Source of the DNA: Planctomycetota bacterium | Lineage (GTDB): Bacteria > Planctomycetota > UBA1135 > UBA2386 | Assembly (NCBI GenBank): GCA_965228735.1 | Contig: OZ245838.1 | Coordinates: 4,512,001-4,576,000, forward strand | Direction: 5' to 3' | Length of the DNA: 64,000 nt | Part shown: positions 1 to 9,136 of the stretch, in pieces | Layout of the letters: every line of letters begins with the position of its first letter | Numbering within the stretch: position 1 is the first letter of the stretch | Notes under the pieces: model-generated | Told to the model about the DNA's origin: nothing | Database searches by the model: none | What the model saw: the letters and a program-made list of their open reading frames with translations, nothing else | Translations under genes and position numbers: made by a program

Positions 1-930
1 GGTCACGCGTTCGGGATCGATCCGCCGGCGGGCTTCGCACATGCACAACGTCACGGCGAGCCGCGCGAGCACGAGGGGGAAGAGGACGTCGAGTTCCGCG
101 GCCGACAGTTCGCGCTCGCCGTGATAGCTCGCAACGACGGTCGCCGCTGCGGCCAGACGTTCGCCGGCCGGCGCGTGCTGCACGACGTACGACAACGCGA
201 TCGCGAGGTCACAGACGAACGGGTTCTCGAGCGCGTCGCCGAAGTCGAGCAGGCCGACCACCCGTTCGTCGTCGACCAGCACGTTCTCGTCGTTCACGTC
301 ACCGTGGACCAACCCTGCGGGCAGCTCATCGAGGCCTCTGCAATGGGCCTGGAACGACTGGAACGCCCGATCGAGCTGGTCGCGGCGTCGGGGATCGGCG
401 ACCGCTGCGACCTCGCCCCAGTGCTGCGTGGCGGCCGTGAGATCCCAGGCATGCGTGCGGGCCGCGGCACGACCGGGCACACCCGCGAACACGCGCGGCA
501 GCTGGCCGAGCAGTCGACCGAGGTCGCGCAGCAGTTCGGGCCCACGAGTCTGGGCGGCGCCGAATGCCGTGCCGTCGACGAACTCGAGCAGCCGCCCGGT
601 GCGACCGTCACGCAACGTCACGAACTGCGTGCCGGCCGTCGTGCGGCGACCGAGCGGCACGCCGAAGCCGGGCCGCGCCGCGAGCAGCTCGGCGGCCGCG
701 GCAGCTTCCACCTCGGCCATGCCGGGCACGGCATCCTGCTCGAGCTTGAGCACCCATCGCGCGGTCCGCTCGGCCGCGGCCTCAGCGGCGGCCGGCCTGG
801 GCAGCGCGACGAGGTAGTTCTCGTTCTCGCCCGGCAGCCGGCTCAGCTCGACGTCGGCCGGCAAACCGTAGTCCGCGACGAGGATGTCACGCACGGCGCT
901 GAGGCGATCGCTGTCGGCGGGATCCGGCAT
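1..930 (-). CDS. APH/choline-kinase-family phosphotransferase (hydroxylysine/homoserine kinase type II-like), 3' end beyond the window
   Basis: Not in the ORF track because its stop lies outside the window. Manual translation from ATG at 930 gives MPDPADSDRLSAVRDILVADYGLP... and, in the same frame, GLVHGDVNDENVLV (HGDxxxxN catalytic loop) and GLLDFGDA (DFG motif). Confidence 0.8.
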   Translation of the reverse strand, partial: MPDPADSDRLSAVRDILVADYGLPADVELSRLPGENENYLVALPRPAAAEAAAERTARWVLKLEQDAVPGMAEVEAAAAAELLAARPGFGVPLGRRTTAGTQFVTLRDGRTGRLLEFVDGTAFGAAQTRGPELLRDLGRLLGQLPRVFAGVPGRAAARTHAWDLTAATQHWGEVAAVADPRRRDQLDRAFQSFQAHCRGLDELPAGLVHGDVNDENVLVDDERVVGLLDFGDALENPFVCDLAIALSYVVQHAPAGERLAAAATVVASYHGERELSAAELDVLFPLVLARLAVTLCMCEARRRIDPERVT

Positions 931-1001
931 CGCGCGCGCAGCCTACGACGCGACGCTGCCGCGGCAACCCGATCACCGCCGGATCCGTGATCCGGTCGGC
1001 C

Positions 1002-2141
1002 TCAGTCCCGGCGCGCACCGAGCCGTCGCCACCGCAACGCCCGCCCGCCCGGCGGCGCCACATCGAGCGACGCTTCGGGCTCGTCGCCGCCCGCGAACAG
1101 CTCGGGCGGCGCCGGCGGGCCGAGGAAACCCGGGGGCAGTCCGCTGAACTCGTGCGGGTGCGTCGCCTCCCGCAGCTCCATCGCAGCCTTGAGCCGGCGC
1201 GCGCGCCGCCGCCGCCGAATCACCGCGACGAAGAACACCGGCAGCGCGAGCACCAGCAGCGACGAGAAGCAGTTGCCGAACAGCACGCGCCACCACGCAC
1301 CCGAGCCGTAGACGAGGTATCGCTTCCAGGCGTCCTCGAGCTCGAGGGTCGTGCGCCCGGTCTGTTCCACGAGCACGTGTTCGAAGCTCAGGTCGTCGGT
1401 CGTATCCGCGGCGACCCGCACGACGAGCTCGAGGCCGAAGTGGCGCACGAGCCACGACACGTAGCTGTAGCTCTGCGCGTAGGCGACGCGAACCTGCTCC
1501 TCGGCGATCGGGAACGCGCCGCGAATCCGCGAGAAGCTGTGCAGGCCGCCGAGGTCGACGCGCCAGACGATGTCCTCCTCGCGCGCACCGAGGTAGGTGT
1601 CACCCGCGAGGTGCTGCGCGAGACCCTCGTGGAACCAGCGCGGGATCTCGCGGCCGTGCGGCGCGACGTGCTGATCGAGCAGTTCGTGCACGAGCTCGTG
1701 CGCGACGACACCATCGAGTCTGGCGTCGCTGCGGCGCACGTTCTCGAGCACGAGATGGATCTGGTGACGACCGAGCAGCGCGAAACCCGGGGCGCCGGGA
1801 TGCCGGATCGTTCGCAACGAGTCCGGCATCGAGCCTTCGCGTTCGTGCACGAACACGGCGAACGGCCGCGGCGAAAGGTCGGGGAAGTGGACCGCCAGCG
1901 CGGGCAGATGCGTTGCGACGAGCGCCTCCACGAGCGTGAGCGTCGCGGGCGCGACCTCGCCGCTGCCGACCCGGACCACGAACGGTGCAGGCTCCTGCTC
2001 TGGCGAACGGTCGCCCTGGGGCGCGGCCCACGCCGGCCCGGCCAGGACCAACGCCCACAGAATCCAGATCACACGCAAGAATCCGACGATCGACCCGTCA
2101 TAGTCCCCGGAGCCCGGCGGCAGAACCCGGGCTTTCTTCAT
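1002..2141 (-). CDS. Membrane-anchored gluzincin (peptidase MA-like) metallopeptidase
   Basis: HELVH (HExxH) followed by IPRWFHEGLA (third Zn-ligand motif). N-terminal hydrophobic signal-like stretch and C-terminal TM followed by an Arg cluster. The true start is probably downstream of 2141, since only 14 bp separate it from the divergent gene. Confidence 0.75.
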   Translation of the reverse strand: MKKARVLPPGSGDYDGSIVGFLRVIWILWALVLAGPAWAAPQGDRSPEQEPAPFVVRVGSGEVAPATLTLVEALVATHLPALAVHFPDLSPRPFAVFVHEREGSMPDSLRTIRHPGAPGFALLGRHQIHLVLENVRRSDARLDGVVAHELVHELLDQHVAPHGREIPRWFHEGLAQHLAGDTYLGAREEDIVWRVDLGGLHSFSRIRGAFPIAEEQVRVAYAQSYSYVSWLVRHFGLELVVRVAADTTDDLSFEHVLVEQTGRTTLELEDAWKRYLVYGSGAWWRVLFGNCFSSLLVLALPVFFVAVIRRRRRARRLKAAMELREATHPHEFSGLPPGFLGPPAPPELFAGGDEPEASLDVAPPGGRALRWRRLGARRD

Positions 2142-2155
2142 TCGGAGTTCGTCGC

Positions 2156-2521
2156 ATGAAACTGCATACGAAGCTGTTGCTCGCCGTCCCCGTCGTCGCC
2201 GCCCTCGCGATGGTCCCGCAGGGCCAGGGCCCCGGGAACCCCACCCTGACCGAAAACCAACACGTGCTGCCGATCTCGGAGCTGCAGTACGTCGACCTGC
2301 AGGGCAAGAAGGTCGCCATCAGCGCCCGCAACGTCGTCGAGATCCGGCTGCTCGAGGACATCACGGAGACGATCCGCCTCGAGTTGTTCTACGACAACGG
2401 CGACTTCTCGCTGATCGATGCGCAGGCGTTCCACCTGCTGCGCAACGGCGCGACGACGCGCGAGGTCAAACTCGTCCGCGGTCAGGTTTCGGGCATGCGC
2501 TTCCCCAAGGGCATTCGCTGA
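2156..2521 (+). CDS. Hypothetical secreted protein (121 aa)
   Basis: ATG 2156 preceded by GGAG. Signal-peptide-like MKLHTKLLLAVPVVAALAM. Codon usage typical of the window. Confidence 0.7.
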   Translation: MKLHTKLLLAVPVVAALAMVPQGQGPGNPTLTENQHVLPISELQYVDLQGKKVAISARNVVEIRLLEDITETIRLELFYDNGDFSLIDAQAFHLLRNGATTREVKLVRGQVSGMRFPKGIR

Positions 2522-2635
2522 GTCGAGCCGTCGCTCGCGGCGCCGGCACGCAGGCGCCATGCCATCGCGGTCTCGACCCGGATCCGTCGCGCCCTTCATC
2601 GGAGGCGGCGCGAGTGCCGAAAAACCGGGCAGGGA

Positions 2636-4225
2636 ATGACCGCACTCGCACCAACACCGGACCAGCACGTTCTGACGCGGGCCGACCTCGCCGCGCTGGC
2701 GATTCCCGCCGACGAAGTCGTGCAGTGGTTGCGTGACGGCGGCCTCCGCGAGCTCGGCAGCATCGCGCTCGCGGCTGGCGAGCAGCCGGTGTTCGGCGTG
2801 TGCGATCCCGACCTCGAACAGGACCTGCGCGTTCGGCTCGCGACCCTCGGCAAGACCGACGTGGCGCTCGACCCGAACCGGGCCCGCAACGCCCTCGTGC
2901 AGGGCACGATGGCCGCGCGGGGCTGGGTCGCCCCCATCGAGCCCGACGTCCAACCGGCGGGCGAAGCCGAACCGTTGGCGGCGGCGGACGCCCCGCTCGC
3001 CGAGGATGGTCCGGTCCACGTGATCGAGGCCGAGCCCCGCGAGCCCGAGCAACGAGATCTCGAGCTGGCCGAGGCCGAGTTCGAAGCGCTCGCGGAGATC
3101 TACGAGTCCGCGCCGACCGATGACCCGCCGTCGGCCGAGGACTTCGGCGACGACCTCATCGACGCGGACGCGCTGCTCGCGGCGCTGAACGGCACGGAGC
3201 CCGACGCCGCTGACACTGCCTTCGGACCCGCCGAGACCGAACCTCCCGCGTCGAACGACGCGGACGGCTCGGATGCGGCCGGTTCGGTGGAACAGGAGCA
3301 CCCGCAGGAGGAGAGCCTGCCGGAGGAAACCATGCCCGCAGAGGCCAACGTCGCAGAAGCGCCAGTCCCAGTAACCCCGGTCGCAGAGGCCCCGGTCGCA
3401 GAAACCCCGGTCGCAGAGGCCCCGGTCGCAGAGACCCCGGCCCCAGCGGTCCCGGCCCCGGAAGTCCCGGTCGAGGAGAGCGTGATCGACACCGAGGTAT
3501 CGTCGACCGACGTCGAGACCCCGGGCGAAGCACCACTGGTCGAAGCAGCGCCCGCGACCACGGTCGAAGAAGCCCCTGCGGATGCCCCGGCGGCAGCAGC
3601 CGCACCCGAACCGGTCGCTGTCGATGAAGCCACCGTCGACGAAGCCACTGTCGACGAAGCCACTGTCGACGAAACCACTGTCGAGAGCGCTGTCCCCGAA
3701 GCGGCGCCGCCGGCGGATCCGACGCCGGACGTCGCCGAGCCCACCAACATTCTGTTCGGGTCCGAAGCCGCCGCCCCGGCATTCGATGCGGCAGCGCCAG
3801 CACCACCTGCCGAAGCCGCGATGGCCACGATGGAGCGCGTCGAGGGCTTCCTCGGTGAGCTGCGGCATACGCTCGTCGAGATCGCGCAGCGCCCGGCGGG
3901 CGACGACAAGCCGGGTTTCGACATCGAGCCGCTCGTGGCGGCCGTCGGCGAGTTCGGTGAGCGCGTGGAGCACGGCGTCGCGGTCGGCGTGCACGCGGCC
4001 ATGATGAGCCGCGACTGCGCGCAGCAGCTGAGCCAGCCCGCTCCCGCGCCGTTCGAGCAGCCGACCTCGAACGGTCGCGAGATCGTGATGCTGAGCGTCG
4101 CGTTCCTCGTGCTGTGCTGGTCCGGGATCCTGTGGTTCAAGACCGGGAATGCCACGCTCGCCATCAGCACGCTCGTCGGTGCGAACGTGATCGCCTGCTG
4201 CCTGCTCGCGCGCCGCCGCGCCTGA
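2636..4225 (+). CDS. Hypothetical protein: small N-terminal domain, long acidic P/A/E/D-rich low-complexity region, helical segment, two C-terminal TM helices
   Basis: 529-aa ORF with high GC3. PVAE(A/T)x4 and VDE(A/T)Tx4 repeats. Hydrophobic IVMLSVAFLVLCWSGILWF and LAISTLVGANVIACCLLA at the C-terminus. Confidence 0.75.
   Translation: MTALAPTPDQHVLTRADLAALAIPADEVVQWLRDGGLRELGSIALAAGEQPVFGVCDPDLEQDLRVRLATLGKTDVALDPNRARNALVQGTMAARGWVAPIEPDVQPAGEAEPLAAADAPLAEDGPVHVIEAEPREPEQRDLELAEAEFEALAEIYESAPTDDPPSAEDFGDDLIDADALLAALNGTEPDAADTAFGPAETEPPASNDADGSDAAGSVEQEHPQEESLPEETMPAEANVAEAPVPVTPVAEAPVAETPVAEAPVAETPAPAVPAPEVPVEESVIDTEVSSTDVETPGEAPLVEAAPATTVEEAPADAPAAAAAPEPVAVDEATVDEATVDEATVDETTVESAVPEAAPPADPTPDVAEPTNILFGSEAAAPAFDAAAPAPPAEAAMATMERVEGFLGELRHTLVEIAQRPAGDDKPGFDIEPLVAAVGEFGERVEHGVAVGVHAAMMSRDCAQQLSQPAPAPFEQPTSNGREIVMLSVAFLVLCWSGILWFKTGNATLAISTLVGANVIACCLLARRRA
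3377..3436 (+). repeat. Coding 15-bp tandem repeat x4 (CCGGTCGCAGARRCC; PVAEA/PVAET)
   Basis: Directly visible. Confidence 0.9.
3620..3679 (+). repeat. Coding 15-bp tandem repeat x4 (GTCGAYGAARCCACY; VDEAT/VDETT)
   Basis: Directly visible. Confidence 0.9.
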
Positions 4226-4252
4226 CGACGACGGCTGCGGCTGCGGCTGCGG

Positions 4253-6694
4253 CTACTTCGACCGTTCGCGCGGACTCGGCGTCAGCAGGTTGGCCAGCAA
4301 CCGCACGGCGCCGGGGTGGAGCTTCTTGAGCTGACGCCACAGCGCGAGCGCGCAGTACACGTACTCGCCTTCACCGGTCTTGGCGTACAGCAGCGCGCCG
4401 CGCTCGGGCTCTTCACCCGGGTCGTGGATCTCGACGACCTCCTCGAAGCGCGGCGAGTAGACCCGCGGCAGGTAGAGCGCGCGTTCTTGCCCCCAACCGT
4501 CCCAGTCCGCGGGCGCGATGACGTTGGGGTAGTTGAGTAACACGTGGTCCGGCACGAGCACCCTCACCGGCGCGTCCGCGCGCGTCACGCGGGCGGTGCC
4601 GATCTGGAACGGCGCGTAGGGTGCGCCGATGAAGCCCTCACCCACCGGATGGAACTCGTTCTGCTTGTGATAGAAGACGACGAGCCGGCGGCCGGCGCCG
4701 GCCGCGAACTCGAGCAGGCTGCGAAAGCCCCGGCGCGCCCCCCGGCGGTCGCGCAGGGCCCGCACGTCGACGACGATCGTGTCGAAGCGCGACAGTTCGC
4801 CGGCGAGGATGTCGGCATCGCTGAGCTCGGACCACAACAGACCGAGGCCGGTGACGCCGAGGATGCCGGGCAACGTGTTGTCGCTGCTGCGCAGGACGCC
4901 GACGCGAAGATCTGCCGGCACTTCGACGTCGACCTTGTGGATCGGCAACGCGACCCGCGTGCCGGCGAGCGAGATCCCGAGCACGTCGACACCCGGCCGC
5001 CGCCCTTCGCCGGCGCGCACCTCGAAGCGGAAGCGATCACCGGTGTGTTCGCGCAAGGACACGGGCCGCAGGTGCTGATCGATCGCGTAACCCGCGCGCG
5101 CCCGCACCTCGAGCGGCCCTTCGACGGGGAAGTGCGTGTTGCGCACGACCTCGACCGAGAACTGCAGCTCGCGGCGCGATCTCGGCAGCAGCAAGATGCG
5201 CGGCACGACCGCGAGCTCGACTGGCGCGCGTTCCTCGATCGGCACGGTCATGGTCACGGGCACGGCAACGCCGTCGAGGTCGACGATGAACCGGAGTCGC
5301 ACGGGCGGGATGAACCGATCCGCGCGGAACCGCGGCCCCATCGGGTCGGAGCTCGAACCCGCTTCGAGCGGCAGGCGCACGGCCGCGTCGAGGCGCAGCG
5401 TGCCCACGGTCGCGATGTTCGGTGGACTCGCGTCGTTCGTCGCGAGGGTCACGCGCACCCCGTCGAGGCCCTCCGCCCGAATCGCGACGGGCCGCGGCTC
5501 GGCGACGTGCAGGCGCACGCCGATGTGGAACTCCTCGCCGGCGATCGCGAACGTGCGCGGCGGGACGTCGAGCCCGACCTTGACGCCGGACATCAACAGC
5601 AGGAGCCGTTCGAGCGCTTCGATGCGCCGCGCGAACCGGCGCCGCAGATCCTCGTGTCCCCCCCCGGTGATGCCGTCCCGCACCGCGCGCAACTCGAGCA
5701 ATGCCGCGATCACCGCTTCGCGACCGGCAGTGCCGGCGCGCACGTCTTCGCGCAAGAACCGCTGCAGCGGCTCCCGCCGCGCCGGATCGCCGGGCCAGAG
5801 AGCGCTGTCGAACAGGCTCGGGAGGCGGGCGAACGGGAAACCGTCCGCGCGTTCGGGCACGCGCAGTTCGAACCGCAGCATCGGCAGGAACAGCTCTTCG
5901 AGCGGCGTCGGCTCACCCGGACTCTTGTGCGCGGTGCGCAGGATCTCGCGCGCGAGATGGCGGAACGACGCGCCGCGCACGGGTTCGAGGCGATCCATCG
6001 GCAACGCGATCGCAGCCGGCGAATCGGTGTTCGCCCCGAGCGCGAAGATGCGCGGCTCGTGCGGCGGCAACGGCGAGGCGAAGTCGGGGTCGGCGGCGAG
6101 CGGCACGGCGGTCTCGAGCAGTTCGACCAGCGCGACGTCGTGACCGTGCTTCTCGGCCGCGTGGTGCGTGCTCAGGATCGCATCGGGCCGGATCGTGCGC
6201 AGCAGCCGCACGAGATCGGCGACCGTCTCCGTGCGCCCCCATTCGCCGAACGTCGCCTCCGCCGTGCGACAGTAGCCGCCGTCCGGGCGATTGAGGTACC
6301 AGACCTCGCCGTCGAAGTGCGAACACCCCGCCTCCGTCTCGAGCGTGCGGATGCGATCCAGCGCGTCACCGCTCTCGGGTCCCGTGCTGTTCTGCCCGCC
6401 GCCACCGCGCGTCGCGAGCAACACGGCCACGCGGATGCCGTGCTCGTAGCGCAGCCAGACCGCGGGCAACACGTAGCGGTCGTCGGGGTGCGAAGCGACG
6501 ACGAGCACGAGCGCATCACTGCCCGCATCGAGCCGCGCCTGATGCAGGTCGACGATGCCGGCGGGCGACTCCCCCACCGTCTCGCGCCAGCTCTGGCCAG
6601 CCAGTCGGTCGGCGCCCGCGACGCCGGCCGCGAGTGCGAGCAACGCGACGCACCGAGGCCTCATGCGCGTCGTCGATCGCGCGCGCCGACTCAT
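4253..6694 (-). CDS. Large secreted PIG-L/LmbE-family deacetylase with C-terminal accessory domains
   Basis: LVVASHPDD, LATRGGGGQN, IRTLE and IRPDAILS..HGH motifs. Signal-like N-terminus. C-terminal WDGWGQERALY...YVYCALALWRQL...GAVRLLANLL resembles long PIG-L proteins. ATGA overlap with the upstream gene. Confidence 0.75.
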   Translation of the reverse strand: MSRRARSTTRMRPRCVALLALAAGVAGADRLAGQSWRETVGESPAGIVDLHQARLDAGSDALVLVVASHPDDRYVLPAVWLRYEHGIRVAVLLATRGGGGQNSTGPESGDALDRIRTLETEAGCSHFDGEVWYLNRPDGGYCRTAEATFGEWGRTETVADLVRLLRTIRPDAILSTHHAAEKHGHDVALVELLETAVPLAADPDFASPLPPHEPRIFALGANTDSPAAIALPMDRLEPVRGASFRHLAREILRTAHKSPGEPTPLEELFLPMLRFELRVPERADGFPFARLPSLFDSALWPGDPARREPLQRFLREDVRAGTAGREAVIAALLELRAVRDGITGGGHEDLRRRFARRIEALERLLLLMSGVKVGLDVPPRTFAIAGEEFHIGVRLHVAEPRPVAIRAEGLDGVRVTLATNDASPPNIATVGTLRLDAAVRLPLEAGSSSDPMGPRFRADRFIPPVRLRFIVDLDGVAVPVTMTVPIEERAPVELAVVPRILLLPRSRRELQFSVEVVRNTHFPVEGPLEVRARAGYAIDQHLRPVSLREHTGDRFRFEVRAGEGRRPGVDVLGISLAGTRVALPIHKVDVEVPADLRVGVLRSSDNTLPGILGVTGLGLLWSELSDADILAGELSRFDTIVVDVRALRDRRGARRGFRSLLEFAAGAGRRLVVFYHKQNEFHPVGEGFIGAPYAPFQIGTARVTRADAPVRVLVPDHVLLNYPNVIAPADWDGWGQERALYLPRVYSPRFEEVVEIHDPGEEPERGALLYAKTGEGEYVYCALALWRQLKKLHPGAVRLLANLLTPSPRERSK

Positions 6695-7431
6695 ACGCCG
6701 AGGGAGAGGCGATTGGCCAGCACCTCGGGGAGACCCGCCGCGAGGATCTTCTTCTTCACGCTCTCGATGTCGTACTCGACGCGTCGGATGCAGGCGATCT
6801 GTTCGTCCGTGTCAACGAACCCGTAGGCCGCGCGCGGATCCTCGTCGCGCGGCTGGCCGACACTGCCGACGTTGATCAGCACGCGGTCGTAACCGCGATA
6901 CGAGATCTCCGCCTCGGAGTTCATGACGACCCGCAGGTCGCGCAGGGCGTCCTTCTTGGCCAGATACATCGCCGGCACGTGGCTGTGCCCGACGAAGCAG
7001 AGTTCGGTGTCCTGGTGCTGCAGCGACTCGAGCGCTTCGACCGGACTGATCACGTAGCCGAACTGCTCGGGCATGTGCAGCGTGCCGTGCACGACCGTGA
7101 ACGGTGGCTGGCGCACGACGAGCGGCAGACCGCGGAGGTAGGCGAGATCGGTCTCCCCGAGCTGTTCGCGAGTCCACTCGATCGCGGCGCGCGCGAACTG
7201 GTTGAAGTACGACGCGTCGAGCAGGTCGAGGACCGCCGCATCGTGATTGCCGAGACAGACGACCGAGCCGAGGTCGCGGACGATCTCGATGCAACGGGAC
7301 GGCTGCGGGCCGTAGCCGACGATGTCGCCGACCTGCACGAAGAGATCCGCGCCATCGTCGCGCAACGCGCTGACAACCGCCGCGAGCGCTTCGACATTCC
7401 CGTGGATGTCACCGAGGATGCCGATGCGCAT
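6691..7431 (-). CDS. Metallophosphoesterase (calcineurin-like, YfcE/ApaH-type)
   Basis: GDIHGN, GDIVGYG, GNHD, VHG, GHSH and NVGSVGQPRD motifs. Confidence 0.9.
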   Translation of the reverse strand: MRIGILGDIHGNVEALAAVVSALRDDGADLFVQVGDIVGYGPQPSRCIEIVRDLGSVVCLGNHDAAVLDLLDASYFNQFARAAIEWTREQLGETDLAYLRGLPLVVRQPPFTVVHGTLHMPEQFGYVISPVEALESLQHQDTELCFVGHSHVPAMYLAKKDALRDLRVVMNSEAEISYRGYDRVLINVGSVGQPRDEDPRAAYGFVDTDEQIACIRRVEYDIESVKKKILAAGLPEVLANRLSLGV

Positions 7432-7449
7432 GAGGTCGTGAGGGGAGGT

Positions 7450-8262
7450 TCAAGTACGTCGAGCGGCTGCGAGCCGAAGCAACACGAGACCGGCGACGGC
7501 CAACACGGCCGCAATCACGGTCCAACGATCCGGTGCTTCAAACCATACCGTTGACCAGCCGAACGAGAAGCCGGCTCCGGCGACCACCGCGACATACGTT
7601 GCCGCGCGGTGCACCGGCGAGCCCGCGAAGAGCACGACCGCCACGGTGAGCGGCAAGTTCGCGAACGCGAATCCGAAAACCGAACACAAGGTCAGGTCGA
7701 CGTCGAGGATGGCCCCCATGATCTGGTCCGCGAGCAGCGCCAGGCTCGCTTGCACGACCGCGACCAGCGCGGTCAGGGTCGCCGCGACGACCAGACCCGG
7801 CGCGACTTCGAGACGCGCCGCGCTCGGCAGGTCGCCCCCGCCCGTGGTGGCGGCCGACGGCACTGGTGGCGTGGACGCCGCGGATCGCGCGACCGCGAGC
7901 GGCTCGTCGGCGCCCCCACCCGGGGCCGGGGATCGTGCGGCGACCGCGGATCCTCGCAACGGCATCGTTTCGGACAAGCGCATATTGGGGCTGCGATGGT
8001 GTCCGGCCCCACCGGATCCGGTGATGCCAGATTCCGGCCGCCGGGGGCCCGAGACCGCGAGCACGAGGAGCAGAACCAGCCCCCCCGCCCAGACTCCCTG
8101 CCAGGTCAGCACGACCCCGAACCCGCGCATGACCCGGGGCTCCTGGGCGGCCGCGATGGCCGCCCAACCGACCAGCACGAGCCACGGCCACAGGCCGACC
8201 TGGCGCAATCGGAGCTTGAGTTCAAGGCGCGCGAGGCGCAGTTCGACCAGCGTAGACAGCAT
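7450..8262 (-). CDS. Hypothetical multi-pass membrane protein
   Basis: Several hydrophobic segments separated by a low-complexity loop. Start placed at ATG 8262 (MLSTLVELRL...) to avoid overlap with parA. Start and function uncertain. Confidence 0.5.
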   Translation of the reverse strand: MLSTLVELRLARLELKLRLRQVGLWPWLVLVGWAAIAAAQEPRVMRGFGVVLTWQGVWAGGLVLLLVLAVSGPRRPESGITGSGGAGHHRSPNMRLSETMPLRGSAVAARSPAPGGGADEPLAVARSAASTPPVPSAATTGGGDLPSAARLEVAPGLVVAATLTALVAVVQASLALLADQIMGAILDVDLTLCSVFGFAFANLPLTVAVVLFAGSPVHRAATYVAVVAGAGFSFGWSTVWFEAPDRWTVIAAVLAVAGLVLLRLAAARRT

Positions 8263-8419
8263 CCCTCGGGGGCCATTCTGACCTGCGATGCTCCCACACG
8301 CAAAAGGAGTCTGGCGCTCTTCCGCCCGGTCGCTACGATCCGGGCTCGCGAGCGATGGCCGGGTGGTTGCCGTGCCGATCCTCGCATTCCACTGGACCTG
8401 AGGCGGCGGGGCGGAGCAC

Positions 8420-9136
8420 GTGCGTTCCCTTGTGTTGGCGAACCAGAAGGGCGGGGTCGGCAAGACCACGACCGCGATCCACCTGGCTCACGGCTTCGCG
8501 CTGAGCGGAGCCAGAGTCGGGCTCTTCGACATGGACCCGCAGGGCAATGCGACCGTCGCGGTCCATGGCATGGCGGGGGGCACCGAAGGCGCCGCAGCTC
8601 TGTCCATGCTCGAACCGGTGACGGAGAACCTCTGGCTGCTGCGGTCGCCGGGGGCCGAGTCCCTCGTCGAGCCCGGCGCCGACATCGAGGTCGACCGGCT
8701 GCTCGAGCTCGTGCGCGAGCTGAGCAAGACCCTCGACTGGCTCGTCGTGGACTGCCCGCCCCGGATCGATGCCTGGGGCTGGGCTGGTCTGCAGCTCGGT
8801 GACGAGGTGCTCGTGCCCGTGCAGGCCGAGTTCTTCGCGATTCACGGGCTGTCGCAGATGCTGACCGCGATGGACGTGATCGCGAAACAACTCGCGGGAA
8901 AGACGCGAATTCGCGGCGTCCTGCCCACGATGGTAGACGCGAGCGAGCCGGTGACCCTCGAGGTCGTCGAGGACCTGCGACGGAATCTGGGAGACCTGGT
9001 GATGGGCACCATGGTCCTCCGCGACTCTCACCTGGTCGAGGCGGCGAGCCACGGCCAGACTGCGTTCGCGCACTGCCCCTGGGCACGTGGCGCCCTTTGT
9101 TATGGTGAACTGGTAATGGAGCTTCTCGATGGTTGA
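8420..9136 (+). CDS. parA: Chromosome partitioning ATPase ParA/Soj
   Basis: Deviant Walker A NQKGGVGKTT, DMDPQGNAT, DCPP, VPVQAEF. Overlaps parB. Confidence 0.9.
   Translation: MRSLVLANQKGGVGKTTTAIHLAHGFALSGARVGLFDMDPQGNATVAVHGMAGGTEGAAALSMLEPVTENLWLLRSPGAESLVEPGADIEVDRLLELVRELSKTLDWLVVDCPPRIDAWGWAGLQLGDEVLVPVQAEFFAIHGLSQMLTAMDVIAKQLAGKTRIRGVLPTMVDASEPVTLEVVEDLRRNLGDLVMGTMVLRDSHLVEAASHGQTAFAHCPWARGALCYGELVMELLDG

Noticed and set aside
121..990. 289-aa + strand ORF
   Set aside because: Antisense shadow of the minus-strand phosphotransferase, which has real catalytic motifs.
4232..4255. (GGCTGC)n microsatellite between convergent genes
   Set aside because: Only about four units, with no evidence of function.
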